DNA of 64,000 nucleotides from Candidatus Bathyarchaeota archaeon (GCA_963775895.1 CAVZKL010000016.1:9441-73440), one strand, 5' to 3'. Shown: positions 10,701 through 20,435, counted from the first letter of the stretch. The notes: generated from the letters alone by a model not told the origin. Made by a program: numbers and translations.

Positions 10701-11092
10701 ATCAGAAACTGCACCATATGGTTGCGGACAAGATTCACGCCAGGGCTCGAGGACAAGTTCAGATGTTGACGAGGCAGCCAACAGAAGGAAGAGCCAGAGG
10801 TGGTGGTCTCAGGTTCGGTGAAATGGAGCGTGACTGCCTGATCGGCCACGGTGCTGCTATGCTTCTCAGGGACAGACTGCTTGAAGAGTCCGACAAGTAC
10901 ACGCTGTACATCTGTGAGACGTGCGGGCACATAGCTTACTATGACATGAAACAGAGAAAATACACGTGCAAGCTCTGCGAAGACAAAGCGAAGATATCGC
11001 CTGTGATTGTGTCCTATGCGTTCAAGTTGCTGTTGCAGGAACTTATGAGCTTGTGTATTTCGCCCAAATTAGCGCTTAAGGAGAAGGCATAG
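7721..11092 (+). CDS. rpoB: DNA-directed RNA polymerase subunit B (Rpo2, unsplit)
   Basis: GDKFASRHGQKG, GGLRFGEMERD, C-terminal Zn finger. Confidence 0.99.
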   Translation: MKLTEISKEDTHVMLDAFFKDKGLVRQHLDSFNEFIDRGLQEVIDEVGEIPIEVPESPYKVKLGQIWIIDPQTRITGPYATEVDGTKHEIYPLEARLRNLTYAAPVALEMTPVIDGREQDTELVYIGNIPVMLKSKLCFLSQLSREELIACGEDPDDPGGYFVVNGSERVIVAMEDLAPNRIIVDIDEKGATPVYMSKIFSTTVGFRARIELKIKSDGALYVSMPGVPSEVPFVVLMRALGLESDREIAEAISLDKDIQAVLDPSYEKALGVDTAKDAILFIGNRVAHGQVEEYRLQKAVTAIDKNFLPHIGRIEQKRRDKALFLGEMACRAIELQLGRRKPDDKDHFKNKRLRLAGPLLADLFRVAFRNLTRDIKYQLERIGVKGPIITVSAAVRPGIIAERFQHALATGNWGRGRVGITQLLDRTNHISTLSHLRRLQSPLSRSQPNFEARDLHATHWGRLCPNETPEGSNCGLVKNLALSASISVGVNPEKIKQLLFGSGVTPVLEASNDLKLNGAKVFVDGNIVGYCNNPEQLAREFRDKRRRSETSTEVNIAYFSKSQVEREEIYINCDEGRVRRALIIVDNGVPRLQPEHVEKIATGEWAWEDLVKNGAVEYLDAEEEENAYVALSNESLGLDHTHLEIATYTILGICASTIPYAEHNQSPRNSYQAAMAKQALGVYSTNFQQRVDSRSHILHYPQVPLAETALMDTMGYKLRPSGQNYVVAVLSFEGYNMEDALVFNKASIERGLGRSTFFRIYEAECRQYLGGLKDKFTLPEAGTRGYRGEQYYRLLEPDGIIGLESGVAGGDVLIGRISPPRFLEEYKEFEVKGPSMRDTSVDMRPSETGTVDAIFITESGDGSKLVKVRVRDQRVPELGDKFASRHGQKGVIGLIVPQEDMPFTEDGIVPDLIINPHAIPSRMTVGQFIESLAGKVASARGKPVDGTPFSNEGPTELRTELIKLGFSSTGAEVFYSGVTGQKFVADVYVGVVHYQKLHHMVADKIHARARGQVQMLTRQPTEGRARGGGLRFGEMERDCLIGHGAAMLLRDRLLEESDKYTLYICETCGHIAYYDMKQRKYTCKLCEDKAKISPVIVSYAFKLLLQELMSLCISPKLALKEKA

Positions 11093-11093
11093 T

Positions 11094-14000
11094 ATGTCTC
11101 AAGAAGAGATTGTTCGGAAAGTTGTTGATGAAATAAACTTTGGCATGTTCTCGCCGCAAGACGTTAGAAAACTCTCAGTCGTGGAGATTCAGACACCAGA
11201 CACGTACGACGAAGACGGTGCGCCCATATCGGCTGGCCTAATGGATGGCAGGTTGGGCACGCTTGAGCCACGGCAGAGATGCAAGACATGCGGAAATACG
11301 GCAATTCGTTGCCCAGGACATTTCGGTCACATAGAACTTGCGGTTCCGATAATACACATCGAGTTTACAAAGATAATGTACGATCTTCTGAGAGCAACGT
11401 GCCGAAATTGTGGGCGTATACTACTTCCGGACGACGTAATCGATAAGGCCAAGACCCGGGTTGAGAAGACAAAACAACTTTTGGGACTGGTTCCTGATGA
11501 AGTCTACAAAACGATTATACAAGAGACAAAGAGAAAGCAGTGTCCACATTGCGCTGCTGCACAGTACAAGATAACCTTTGAGAAACCGACGAAGTTCAGC
11601 GAGGTGATTCCTGAAAGCGGTTCTGAACCTTTGACACCGTCGATGGTTCGTGAAAGAATGGAGCGCATCACCGACGATGATCTTGAACTTCTGGGGTTCA
11701 ATCCGAAGACTGCACGTCCCGAATGGATGGTTCTACAGGTTCTGCCAGTTCCGCCCGTGTATGTTCGTCCGTCAATCACTCTGGAATCTGGCATCCGTTC
11801 GGAGGATGATTTGACACACAAACTTGTTGACATAATCAGAATAAACCAGAGACTCAAGGAGAACATGGATGCTGGAGCGCCAACACTGATCATTCAAGAC
11901 TTGTCAGAACTGCTGCAATACCATGTGACCACGTACTTCAACAATGAAGCTTCAGGAATTCCCCCGGCACGGCATCGCTCTGGAAGGGCATTGAAGACTC
12001 TATCACAAAGGCTGAAGGGTAAAGAGGGAAGGTTTAGAAGCAATCTGTCAGGAAAGAGAGTGGACTTTTCAGCAAGAACTGTCGTTTCTCCCGATCCGAA
12101 TCTTGATATAAACGAGGTCGGCGTGCCCCTTGAAATTGCGATGCGTCTGTCAGTCCCAGAAAAGGTGACTGAGTGGAACATTGAAGAGATGCGGGAACTC
12201 GTAAAGAACGGGCCTGAAAAGTATCCAGGAGTCTTGTACATCATCAGGCCGGACGGCAAACGAATACGACTTGAATTCGTAGTGGATCGAGAGAAGATTG
12301 CTGAAGCGATTGAGTTAGGGTTCGTTGTCGAACGTCATCTTAAGAACGGAGACATAGCGATCTTTAACCGTCAGCCTTCGCTTCATCGCATGTCCATTAT
12401 GGCTCACTACGTGCGTGTTTTGCCGTACAAAACGTTCAGGCTTCACCTGTGTGTTTGTCCGCCATACAACGCGGATTTCGACGGCGACGAGATGAACTTG
12501 CACGTTCCTCAGAGCGAAGAAGCTCGGACTGAAGCATTGTTGCTTATGCAGGTTCAGGATCAGATACTGTCGCCACGTTTTGGAGGGCCGATAATCGGAG
12601 CCATTCGAGATTTCATAACCTCTGCCTATTTGTTCACGAGATCGTCAAACTATTTGACGAGAAACGAAGTCAACAGACTGCTGTTGGGAGCGAAGTATGA
12701 GGGCGATATACCCGAACCCAAGATCAAACAGCCGCAACCGATGTGGTCAGGAAAACAGATCTTCAGCCTATTTCTGCCCAAGGACATGAACTACGTTTTG
12801 AAGGCTAACATCTGCCAGGGGTGCATAAAATGTAAAGGGCAAGATTGTGAGTTCGACGCTTACGTGGTTGTGAAGAACGGCCAACTCGTGAGCGGAGTTA
12901 TAGACAGGCGCTCTATTGGTGCTGAACAGTCTGAAAGCCTTCTGCATAGGATAATCAAGGACTATGGGACACAGGCAGGACGAGAGTTCCTCAACAAGAT
13001 AACGAGAATGCTGAAGTACTACATCTCCATGCGCGGTTTCACGTACGCCTACAACGAGTTGGTTCTCTCTCCGAAAGCCGAAGATAGAATAGGTAAGACT
13101 ATGGAGAGAATTGAGAACAAAATCGAGGAGTTGATTGCAAGCTATCGAAAGGGGTCGCTGCCCCGATTGCCTGGACAAACGTTAGAGGACTCGTTTGAAA
13201 TATACGTTATGAACGAGCTGGCAAAGGCAAGAGATGAATCAGGTAAGATAGCTGACGAAGACTTCACTTTAGAAAACTCTGGTATTATCATGACGAGAAC
13301 GGGCGCAAGGGGCTCAAGTCTCAACATCGGACAAATAAGCGCTTGCGTCGGACAGCAGTCGGTCCGTGGAAAGAGAATCCTTCGAGGGTATGTTGACCGC
13401 GCTCTGCCACACTTCCAAGCCGGAGACCAACGTCCTAAGGCAAGAGGGTTCGTTTATTCCTCATATCAAACAGGGCTTGACGTCATCGAGTTCTTCTTCC
13501 ACGCGATGGGCGGCCGGGAAGGACTCGTCGACACTGCAGTCAGAACGCAACAAAGCGGTTACATGCAGAGACGATTGATCAACGCACTTGAACACATACG
13601 TCTAGAGTATGACAGCACGGTTCGTAACTCGGCCGGAGATATAATCCAATTCCAATACGGAGAGGACGGAGTCGATCCAGCAAAAAGCGACCATGGAAAA
13701 GCTGTTAACGTGAATCGTCTGGTTGACCAAATTAAAATAGGGAAGGAAAGAGGCAAAGCTGCAACTAGCGAATTCGTCAAGGAAAAGCTGGATGAGGTTG
13801 AAGGTGAACTCACACCGATTTTGGTGGATCAGCTCAAACAGAACTTGTCCAAGAGCGAATTGACAAAACCGGCAGTTGAGCAAGCGATCAATCTGACGGT
13901 TGATCGTTATAAGCGTGCACTCATGGAGCCAGGTGAGGCGGTGGGTATTGTCGCGGCGCAATCCATTGGTGAACCTGGTACGCAGATGACTCTCAGAACA

Positions 14001-14915
14001 TTCCACTACGCAGGCGTGAGAGAACAAAACGTGACTTTGGGTTTACCCAGACTCATCGAAATTGTTGATGCTAGAAGAATTCCGTCTACGCCGATCATGA
14101 AGATTTACTTGACGGAGGAGTTCAGAAAGAGCAGGGAGGCGGCGGTGAAAGTAGCTCGCGAAATCGTTTATACTACGATGGAGAACTTGGCCGAAGCAGT
14201 CTACTTGGATCCTATCCACGACGAGATAATCATAGAGCTCAACAAGACGATGATGGAAGACCGTGAAGTGACTCTGGACTATCTGAAGGAGAAGCTTGAG
14301 CTTCCAAACGTCACGGTGAAATCGAAGGGCAACAGTATTCGGATTCAACCGAAGAAAGTTGAAACTATCAAGAAGTTGCTTGGGAAAGTCTCCGCTTTCC
14401 ACGTCAAGGGCGTACCCGGCATAAAGCGTGTGCTGGTCACTGAAGAACACGGTGAATGGGTAATCAATACGGACGGTTCAAACCTACCGAGAGTCTTAGA
14501 AATTCCTGGAGTCGACAGTTCAAGAACTACCACGAACAATGTTCACGAAATAGCCAAGACGTTGGGCGTTGAAGCAGCGAGAAATGCGTTGATAAACGAA
14601 GCTAAAGGAGTCTTGGAAGAGCAGGGGTTGGACGTTGATACACGTCACGTCATGCTCGTGGCGGATATGATGACCTCCACCGGTGAAGTCCAGCAGATAG
14701 GCAGGCACGGCATCAGCGGCAAGAAATCAAGCGTCCTCGCGCGAGCCGCGTTTGAAATCACCGTTCCCAACATCGTTGAGGCCGCCGTCAAAGGTGAAAG
14801 CGATCCTCTCGCGGGAGTAACCGAAAACGTAATAGTGGGGCAGTCAATACCAATAGGCACAGGTTTAGTGGAGTTGTACATGTCCACGTTCGAAAAGAAG
14901 AGTGAAAAGAAGTGA
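11094..14915 (+). CDS. rpoA: DNA-directed RNA polymerase subunit A (fused A'+A'')
   Basis: NADFDGDEMN plus the A'' motifs AAQSIGEPGTQMT and ENVIVGQ in one 1273-aa ORF. Confidence 0.99.
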   Translation: MSQEEIVRKVVDEINFGMFSPQDVRKLSVVEIQTPDTYDEDGAPISAGLMDGRLGTLEPRQRCKTCGNTAIRCPGHFGHIELAVPIIHIEFTKIMYDLLRATCRNCGRILLPDDVIDKAKTRVEKTKQLLGLVPDEVYKTIIQETKRKQCPHCAAAQYKITFEKPTKFSEVIPESGSEPLTPSMVRERMERITDDDLELLGFNPKTARPEWMVLQVLPVPPVYVRPSITLESGIRSEDDLTHKLVDIIRINQRLKENMDAGAPTLIIQDLSELLQYHVTTYFNNEASGIPPARHRSGRALKTLSQRLKGKEGRFRSNLSGKRVDFSARTVVSPDPNLDINEVGVPLEIAMRLSVPEKVTEWNIEEMRELVKNGPEKYPGVLYIIRPDGKRIRLEFVVDREKIAEAIELGFVVERHLKNGDIAIFNRQPSLHRMSIMAHYVRVLPYKTFRLHLCVCPPYNADFDGDEMNLHVPQSEEARTEALLLMQVQDQILSPRFGGPIIGAIRDFITSAYLFTRSSNYLTRNEVNRLLLGAKYEGDIPEPKIKQPQPMWSGKQIFSLFLPKDMNYVLKANICQGCIKCKGQDCEFDAYVVVKNGQLVSGVIDRRSIGAEQSESLLHRIIKDYGTQAGREFLNKITRMLKYYISMRGFTYAYNELVLSPKAEDRIGKTMERIENKIEELIASYRKGSLPRLPGQTLEDSFEIYVMNELAKARDESGKIADEDFTLENSGIIMTRTGARGSSLNIGQISACVGQQSVRGKRILRGYVDRALPHFQAGDQRPKARGFVYSSYQTGLDVIEFFFHAMGGREGLVDTAVRTQQSGYMQRRLINALEHIRLEYDSTVRNSAGDIIQFQYGEDGVDPAKSDHGKAVNVNRLVDQIKIGKERGKAATSEFVKEKLDEVEGELTPILVDQLKQNLSKSELTKPAVEQAINLTVDRYKRALMEPGEAVGIVAAQSIGEPGTQMTLRTFHYAGVREQNVTLGLPRLIEIVDARRIPSTPIMKIYLTEEFRKSREAAVKVAREIVYTTMENLAEAVYLDPIHDEIIIELNKTMMEDREVTLDYLKEKLELPNVTVKSKGNSIRIQPKKVETIKKLLGKVSAFHVKGVPGIKRVLVTEEHGEWVINTDGSNLPRVLEIPGVDSSRTTTNNVHEIAKTLGVEAARNALINEAKGVLEEQGLDVDTRHVMLVADMMTSTGEVQQIGRHGISGKKSSVLARAAFEITVPNIVEAAVKGESDPLAGVTENVIVGQSIPIGTGLVELYMSTFEKKSEKK

Positions 14916-15247
14916 TAGACGTAGACAAAGCAATTGCTGCGGCTGTAAAAACAGGCAAAGTGTCTTTTGGGGCAAGCTCAGCTGTTCAGAACGCGCAAAG
15001 TGGAAGAGCCAAGCTAATAATAATCGCAGCTAACGCACCAAAGAACGCGCGCGGAGACGTTGAGTACTACACTAAGCTTTCAAAAGTCCCATTGATCGTT
15101 TACAAGGGATCGTCGCTGGATTTGGCAGCCGTGTGTGGCAAACCGTTCGCTGTATCAGCGTTAAGTATAAGAGAGCCAGGCGACTCAGAAATCCTCAAAT
15201 TGACGGAAAAAGCTGAGCCTGAGGAATCCGGCGGAGGAAATGAATGA
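14912..15247 (+). CDS. rpl30e: 50S ribosomal protein L30e
   Basis: VKTGKV.FG, LAAVCGKPF, IREPGDS; conserved operon position. Confidence 0.96.
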   Translation: MIDVDKAIAAAVKTGKVSFGASSAVQNAQSGRAKLIIIAANAPKNARGDVEYYTKLSKVPLIVYKGSSLDLAAVCGKPFAVSALSIREPGDSEILKLTEKAEPEESGGGNE

Positions 15248-15681
15248 CCACGGGCATAAAGTTCACCAGCAACGAGATGCGCTACATCGCTTTGTTTGAA
15301 AACATTACGAGTGCCAGCGTCAAAGACTGCATAATTGACGAAGAACAAGGGCGGGTTCTATATGTTGTTAACGAAGGACAAGTGGGCGTTGCTATTGGAA
15401 GAGGCGGAAGGAACATTCATACTCTTGAGAGAATGACTGGTAAAAAACACGAGATAATTGAATACGCCGAAGAACCCGCGCAGTTTATCAAGAACGCCTT
15501 GAAACCCGCTTCCGTCAAAGAAGTGCGCATAACCGAAAGACCCGACGGCAAATCAATAGCCGTTGTTGCGGTGAACCCGAAGGACAAGGGCGTGGCAATA
15601 GGGAAGAATGGCAGAAACGCCGAGAGACTTCGTTTCCTAGCGAAAAGATACTTTGATATCCAAAATGTAAGCATAACATAA
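15244..15681 (+). CDS. nusA: Archaeal NusA (KH domains)
   Basis: Two KH motifs AIGRGGRNI / AIGKNGRN; operon position. Confidence 0.96.
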   Translation: MTTGIKFTSNEMRYIALFENITSASVKDCIIDEEQGRVLYVVNEGQVGVAIGRGGRNIHTLERMTGKKHEIIEYAEEPAQFIKNALKPASVKEVRITERPDGKSIAVVAVNPKDKGVAIGKNGRNAERLRFLAKRYFDIQNVSIT

Positions 15682-15704
15682 GTTGGAAGAGAGGTATCGA
15701 GAAC

Positions 15705-15884
15705 ATGAAACTTCTGGCAAGAATGAGTCTAAACATTTTGCTGCTAGTTTCTGCTCTAGTCAGCGTGGCTGAAGCCACAGACAACTCTTTTACGTCGCAG
15801 TTCTTGGGAAGCCCACTGCTGATTCTGGTGGCCTTAATAATAATCGACGCAATAGCTTTTGCATACCACAGAATACGCAAGTAA
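15705..15884 (+). CDS. Small membrane protein (59 aa)
   Basis: Manual translation MKLLARMSLNILLLVSALVSVAEA...LLILVALIIIDAIAFAYHRIRK; gaggt upstream. Confidence 0.55.
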   Translation: MKLLARMSLNILLLVSALVSVAEATDNSFTSQFLGSPLLILVALIIIDAIAFAYHRIRK

Positions 15885-15933
15885 GGGTATGCACTGTTCT
15901 TTTTCTTCGAAAAAATTGGAGGCATGAACATTT

Positions 15934-16521
15934 TTAGGCTTTCGTTTCTGCGTTCAGAAGCATGTCAATCAAGGCTTTCTGGTCGACTTCTGCTCGAGTT
16001 CTCCAATCTAGATACATTTGACCGCTTTCATCTTGCGTCAAATATCCGTATCTGATGTATCTCTCGATGTTCAGTCCCACTTTCCATCCGGGTAGCTTTT
16101 CTCGCAGGAGCGCTTCAACCTCATCCCTTGACGCTTTGCCCTTCTTGGACGTGATGTAGGCAATGGTAATTGCCAGTCCTGCGAAGTCGTCTATTCTCCA
16201 TCCAATCATCTTTGCTTCTTTGGGGACCAGATTGCCTCGCAATGCGACGTAGTGTCTGGCTCTGTCCAATTGTTCTAGGGAGGGCTTCTCTATCTTTCTC
16301 TCTTCCTCAAACACTGTCTTGACTTCTAAGTCCAGATTCTTCAGATAGTCGTCAAGAATCTTGAGCACTTTCGGGTAGTCTGACCCCAAAGCCTTGCGGA
16401 GTTCCCAGCCTTTCACTCCTGGTTTGGCATGACGTTTGAAGAACAAGATGTGTATAGCCCTTTTCAATTTACTGGCGTAAGCGGCTTTTCTCTTGCTCAT
16501 TCGAGTTCTCCTCGCTTCCAC
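15934..16521 (-). CDS. Putative kite (tandem winged-helix) SMC accessory subunit
   Basis: Third gene of an overlapping operon with the SMC-like ATPase; size and WH-like pattern; inference. Confidence 0.55.
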   Translation of the reverse strand: MEARRTRMSKRKAAYASKLKRAIHILFFKRHAKPGVKGWELRKALGSDYPKVLKILDDYLKNLDLEVKTVFEEERKIEKPSLEQLDRARHYVALRGNLVPKEAKMIGWRIDDFAGLAITIAYITSKKGKASRDEVEALLREKLPGWKVGLNIERYIRYGYLTQDESGQMYLDWRTRAEVDQKALIDMLLNAETKA

Positions 16522-17324
16522 TTCTGCCAGTCTGCGGCTGAAACGGATATGGGCACAGACACCAGCTGTTTCATCCCTGTTTTGGCCACGGGCTTTTCGT
16601 AGGGCACTAAGAACGTTTCTTCCTCTAACGGATGAATTTCCAGAGTAGCGTAACCGTAGGTCACGAGAAAACTTGTGAGAAAGGCCCTGTTCACGGTTTC
16701 TTCATAAGTGTCGGCGCCGATGAAATCCCAGTAGCGGATCTTTCCTTTCTCTCCTTTGCCTGCGACGGTTTTCTTGAGTTCTTGCCAGAAAATTTCCAAT
16801 TCTTCCGAGAAAGTCTTGTCTCGCAGTATTCTTTGACGAACGAGTTCTTCGCGAGTCATGGAACCTATGTCAACTTGTTCTGGCGGTGTTTCTTTCCATC
16901 TGTCTTCCAATGGCACGAGAGTGTTCCAGTATCTTATGGCCTCCGCCATGCTGTGGAGAGATATCTGTTCCCATTCGATCAAGGGATGCCAAGATTTCAG
17001 AAAGGTTCTTGCGATTTCCCCTTTCTCCATTTTCTTAAGCTTGTCTTCTAGCAGAAACGGGTCCGTGTAGAGTGATGTTGACCTGTGTTTCACCCATTCG
17101 CTTTGCAGTTTGACCACGGAAGCCAGGCGATGCAATGTTTCGGCGTCAAGACACAGATCTTCTGGGATCATCCATTCTGGAAAGTGTTCTTTCACGGTGC
17201 CTATGTTGGCGCTAATGTCTATCAAGAATGGGTCGAGTGAGCGTTCTTCGACCGACTTGCACGTTTCGATTATGCGCCGAAGCTTCTCTCTGCCGAGCTT
17301 CTCGTGGGCTTTCTTGGAGTGCAT
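16497..17324 (-). CDS. Putative kleisin (ScpA-like) SMC accessory subunit
   Basis: Overlaps the SMC stop; LDPFLIDI near the N-terminus resembles ScpA DPW.IDI; inference. Confidence 0.55.
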   Translation of the reverse strand: MHSKKAHEKLGREKLRRIIETCKSVEERSLDPFLIDISANIGTVKEHFPEWMIPEDLCLDAETLHRLASVVKLQSEWVKHRSTSLYTDPFLLEDKLKKMEKGEIARTFLKSWHPLIEWEQISLHSMAEAIRYWNTLVPLEDRWKETPPEQVDIGSMTREELVRQRILRDKTFSEELEIFWQELKKTVAGKGEKGKIRYWDFIGADTYEETVNRAFLTSFLVTYGYATLEIHPLEEETFLVPYEKPVAKTGMKQLVSVPISVSAADWQKWKRGELE

Positions 17325-19288
17325 CAGGCTACCTCTCTGATTATGGATTTGCCTTCGATGTTCTGCACGGTGATTATGTTGACTCCATTTTTGTCGAAGC
17401 TTATTTGACTCGGCGTGATTAGTAGGTATTGTGCTGTAGAATTGTTGACTCTCGCTACGAGCATTTGCGCGATCATTTCACGGTTTTTCGGGTCCATGTG
17501 AATATCGTATTCGTCTACAGCTCTGAAAGGAGATCGTACGTGCTGCTGCAGAGCTAGGAGAAAACTCATAATTGCTGTCGTTCTCTCTCCACCGCTCTGC
17601 GTGTAAGCGTCAAGCGGCACTGGTTTTCCGCCTTTGAACCCAACGAGAATTTCCAGGCCTGCTGCTTCTATATCCTGCCCGTTGGCAAGTTTAACCTCGC
17701 CCACTGCTTGGGTTTGCGTCAGTGTCTTCTGGTATTCTAGGTTAACTCGATCCAAAAGAGTCTCCAACACCGTCCGCCACGCTTGCATTCTGGTCTTCAC
17801 TTCTTCCAGCGTCTTTTCACGGTTTTCGGCGACGAGCTGAGTCTTCTCTTTCAGTTCTAGGTAGAGCTTTGAGTAGGATTCGTACATGTGTTCAACGTCC
17901 TCAGAGACGTCCGAAAGTGCGGCCAAGTGTCCTTCTGTGACGCGCATCTCGTCGAGGATTTCGTCTGTGTCTTTTGTTGATGCCACTCTTGGGCCTACGG
18001 TTTCAGCTTTGCTCACGGCCTCTTCCAATCGAGTTCTTGCTTCTTTGAGGCTTCTGTCCAGATCTCGTAAGCTGGTAGTTGCATTTTCGCCGCGATATTG
18101 TAGGACTGCAAGCTCAATTCGAGAGTCCAGGATTTGGTTGCTCACCTTTTCGGTTGCTTCGTCCCAGTTCCTGTATCTGGATTGATTCCTCTCTATTTCG
18201 GCGTCCAGTTTTGACGAGTTCTCCTTCGAGTTTTGAATGAGTTCTTTGAGTTGTTCACTTCTGAGAAGCTTGATCTGAACCGTCTTCTTCGTTGAAGACG
18301 TGTTTCCAGGACGCGCGCCTCTGCCCAGATTCTCACTAATCGTCTCCAGCATTGACGTTTCTTTAAGCAGTTCTTCATAGAGGGAAGCCGTCGATGAGGT
18401 GCTTGCTTTCTGGCGTTCAAAATCTAGACGCTCGTCTAGGAGTCTTCTCCATTCATTCTTCAGCTTTTGGCGTTCATTCTCTTGAGCCTGCAGGTCATCT
18501 TTCGTAGATTTTGTCTTTTCTTCGATTTGGTTCAGAATTTCTTGCTGTTTGTTCCTGCTGTTCTCAAGCTGTCTCGATGTTTGCTCTTTTCTCGTGACCT
18601 CGGCCCATGCCAATTCTCGTTCGAGGAACCTTCTTTTGGAGAGCAACTGTTTTTTCTCTTGGTAGCGGTCATATTGTTCTCTCCAATAGTTGAGCGTCTG
18701 CTCAGCCGATTCCAAAAGCTTGCTCATAGACTCTTCTTGGCTGAGAATGCGTGTCAACTTTTTCTGAGCTTGCACGACGTTTTCTCGGTAGGGTTCCAAC
18801 CCGACCGCAGCTTCGACGATTCGTAGTTTTTCCTGCGTAGAAAGCACGGTGAACTGTTCAACCATGTTTTGATGCATTATTATCAGTATGTTGTCGGGGT
18901 CGACACCCAACTTTCCCAGGAATCTTTGAACGTCATTCTTTGTGACGGCGCGGTTCTCAAGCGAGAACCAGTACGTGCCATCCCTTCGCAGGACGCGAGT
19001 GAGAAAGAGTTGGTCTTTGTTGTATTTTGGAATGGGTCTATTATTTCCTTTTCTCGTGTTATCAAGGACTAGCGTTACACGTCCCTGATCTTTGCCCCAT
19101 CGAATGAGATCGCTCAGTTTCTTGGATCTCTCCGTGTACGACTGTCCCAAGGCCACGGATATGGCTAACAGAAGGGATGATTTGCCTGAACCGTTGGGTC
19201 CACAGATGACGTTGACGCCCGCCCTGAAGGGTACCCTAGCATACTCATAGCTCATGAAGTTCTCTAGGATTACCTCTTGAATCAACAT
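17324..19288 (-). CDS. SMC5/6-related ATPase (short, 654 aa)
   Basis: LENFMSY, GPNGSGKS, long coiled coil, QSGGE, SPFRAVDEYDIHMD. Confidence 0.9.
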   Translation of the reverse strand: MLIQEVILENFMSYEYARVPFRAGVNVICGPNGSGKSSLLLAISVALGQSYTERSKKLSDLIRWGKDQGRVTLVLDNTRKGNNRPIPKYNKDQLFLTRVLRRDGTYWFSLENRAVTKNDVQRFLGKLGVDPDNILIIMHQNMVEQFTVLSTQEKLRIVEAAVGLEPYRENVVQAQKKLTRILSQEESMSKLLESAEQTLNYWREQYDRYQEKKQLLSKRRFLERELAWAEVTRKEQTSRQLENSRNKQQEILNQIEEKTKSTKDDLQAQENERQKLKNEWRRLLDERLDFERQKASTSSTASLYEELLKETSMLETISENLGRGARPGNTSSTKKTVQIKLLRSEQLKELIQNSKENSSKLDAEIERNQSRYRNWDEATEKVSNQILDSRIELAVLQYRGENATTSLRDLDRSLKEARTRLEEAVSKAETVGPRVASTKDTDEILDEMRVTEGHLAALSDVSEDVEHMYESYSKLYLELKEKTQLVAENREKTLEEVKTRMQAWRTVLETLLDRVNLEYQKTLTQTQAVGEVKLANGQDIEAAGLEILVGFKGGKPVPLDAYTQSGGERTTAIMSFLLALQQHVRSPFRAVDEYDIHMDPKNREMIAQMLVARVNNSTAQYLLITPSQISFDKNGVNIITVQNIEGKSIIREVA

Positions 19289-19382
19289 CTATGGTATTTC
19301 CTGATAGAGTAGGTAATAATGTTAAAAACACTCTTATTAAAACAAATAGTACAGTTCTACAACAAATAATGTAGTTCTCGGG

Positions 19383-19523
19383 TCACTTAGGTCTCCTGAA
19401 AATGCTTAAACCGTCCATGTCCAAGATGTGTGTCCAACCATCTTCAACGAGTTTTCGAGCTTCCTCGACGGTTCTTGCGGTTGCGGAGTAGTATTGGTCT
19501 TCTACCGTGTCAACATAGTGCGT
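19383..19523 (-). pseudogene. Probable C-terminal relic of an archaeal tyrosine site-specific integrase
   Basis: Manual translation THYVDTVEDQYYSATARTVEEARKLVEDGWTHILDMDGLSIFRRPK*, resembling, from recall, the C-terminal tail of Bathyarchaeia integrases; no upstream catalytic domain. Confidence 0.6.
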
Positions 19524-19904
19524 AGGAAAAGTGAAAAAAGGTTTGACCTAGAAGCCCGCGAGCGTGCGCGAAAAAGAATTTCGAGATTTGAAAGAGAGAT
19601 TTGAAGTATAATCCGTTCTCTTGTTCCTTGTATTGCGTGCGTATGAGGTGCTATTTCACTTGCTGAACCAATCCAAATTCACTCATACATCTCAATCGCA
19701 GAATGCTTTCACGTGTGTAGTTTAATTACTGTTGGATTTCATCGACGGAGAGAGGGCGATCTTCCTTTTGCAGGACACCAAGAATTTTCGCTATTTCTCC
19801 AAACAGACGGCTCAAGAGCAAATACCCGAACCAAGAGTCATGGCATGTCTACTAGTGCATTTGGAAATTAGCGCGCGCGCTGAATCCAAGTGGGGACTTT
19901 TGAT

Positions 19905-20435
19905 TCAACGGTTTCTTCCGAATTCGTCGAAACTCGCTATCTTTTCTAGACTCTTCTTTCTGCGTACGAAATGCAGAACCTTGCTGGTCAACTCTAGTTT
20001 TTCACGGTGATAACCAACAGCAAGCAGAGCGACCACCCGGAATCTTTCAGGTATTTTCAACAGGCTCTTTACTCTTTCTTCACTGAAACTTCCCACCCAG
20101 CACGTGCCGAGACCTTCCGCCGTGGCCGTTAAGACCATGTTTTGCATCGCTATCGCAACGTCAACAGCGTACCAATTGGGCGATGCTTTCTGGTCACCGC
20201 AACCAACGATTGTAACGGGCGATTCGGCAAGAAACCTTGCATATCTACCACCCTTTGCCAACACCTCTCTTTTTTCACGGTCCGCAACGACTATGAAGTG
20301 CCATGGTTGAATGCTTCCTGCAGACGGAGCCAGCCTTGCAGCTTCCAGAATCCTATCGAGCTTCTCATCTGGAACGGGTGTTGACTCGTAAGCGCGAGCT
20401 GAATGTCTCTTCTGAACTGCTTCGAAAACGTCCAT
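19905..20435 (-). CDS. Nitroreductase family protein
   Basis: RHSARAY, AARLAPSA..QPWHF, GLGTCWVG. Confidence 0.93.
   Translation of the reverse strand: MDVFEAVQKRHSARAYESTPVPDEKLDRILEAARLAPSAGSIQPWHFIVVADREKREVLAKGGRYARFLAESPVTIVGCGDQKASPNWYAVDVAIAMQNMVLTATAEGLGTCWVGSFSEERVKSLLKIPERFRVVALLAVGYHREKLELTSKVLHFVRRKKSLEKIASFDEFGRNR

Noticed and set aside
11094-14915. Fused RpoA as a novelty
   Set aside because: Already known in several TACK lineages; useful only as a taxonomic clue
7721-14915. Numerous short antisense ORFs within rpoB/rpoA (and within the mutase, thiolase and nrdD genes)
   Set aside because: Shadow ORFs of long conserved genes, with no motifs
15934-19288. Wadjet/JetABCD defence system
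   Set aside because: No JetD/Toprim nuclease; ATPase-first gene order, small size and core-genome location
19905-20435. Nitroreductase as azoline oxidase of the peptide cluster
   Set aside because: Looks like a generic short nitroreductase and there is no YcaO; linkage unsupported
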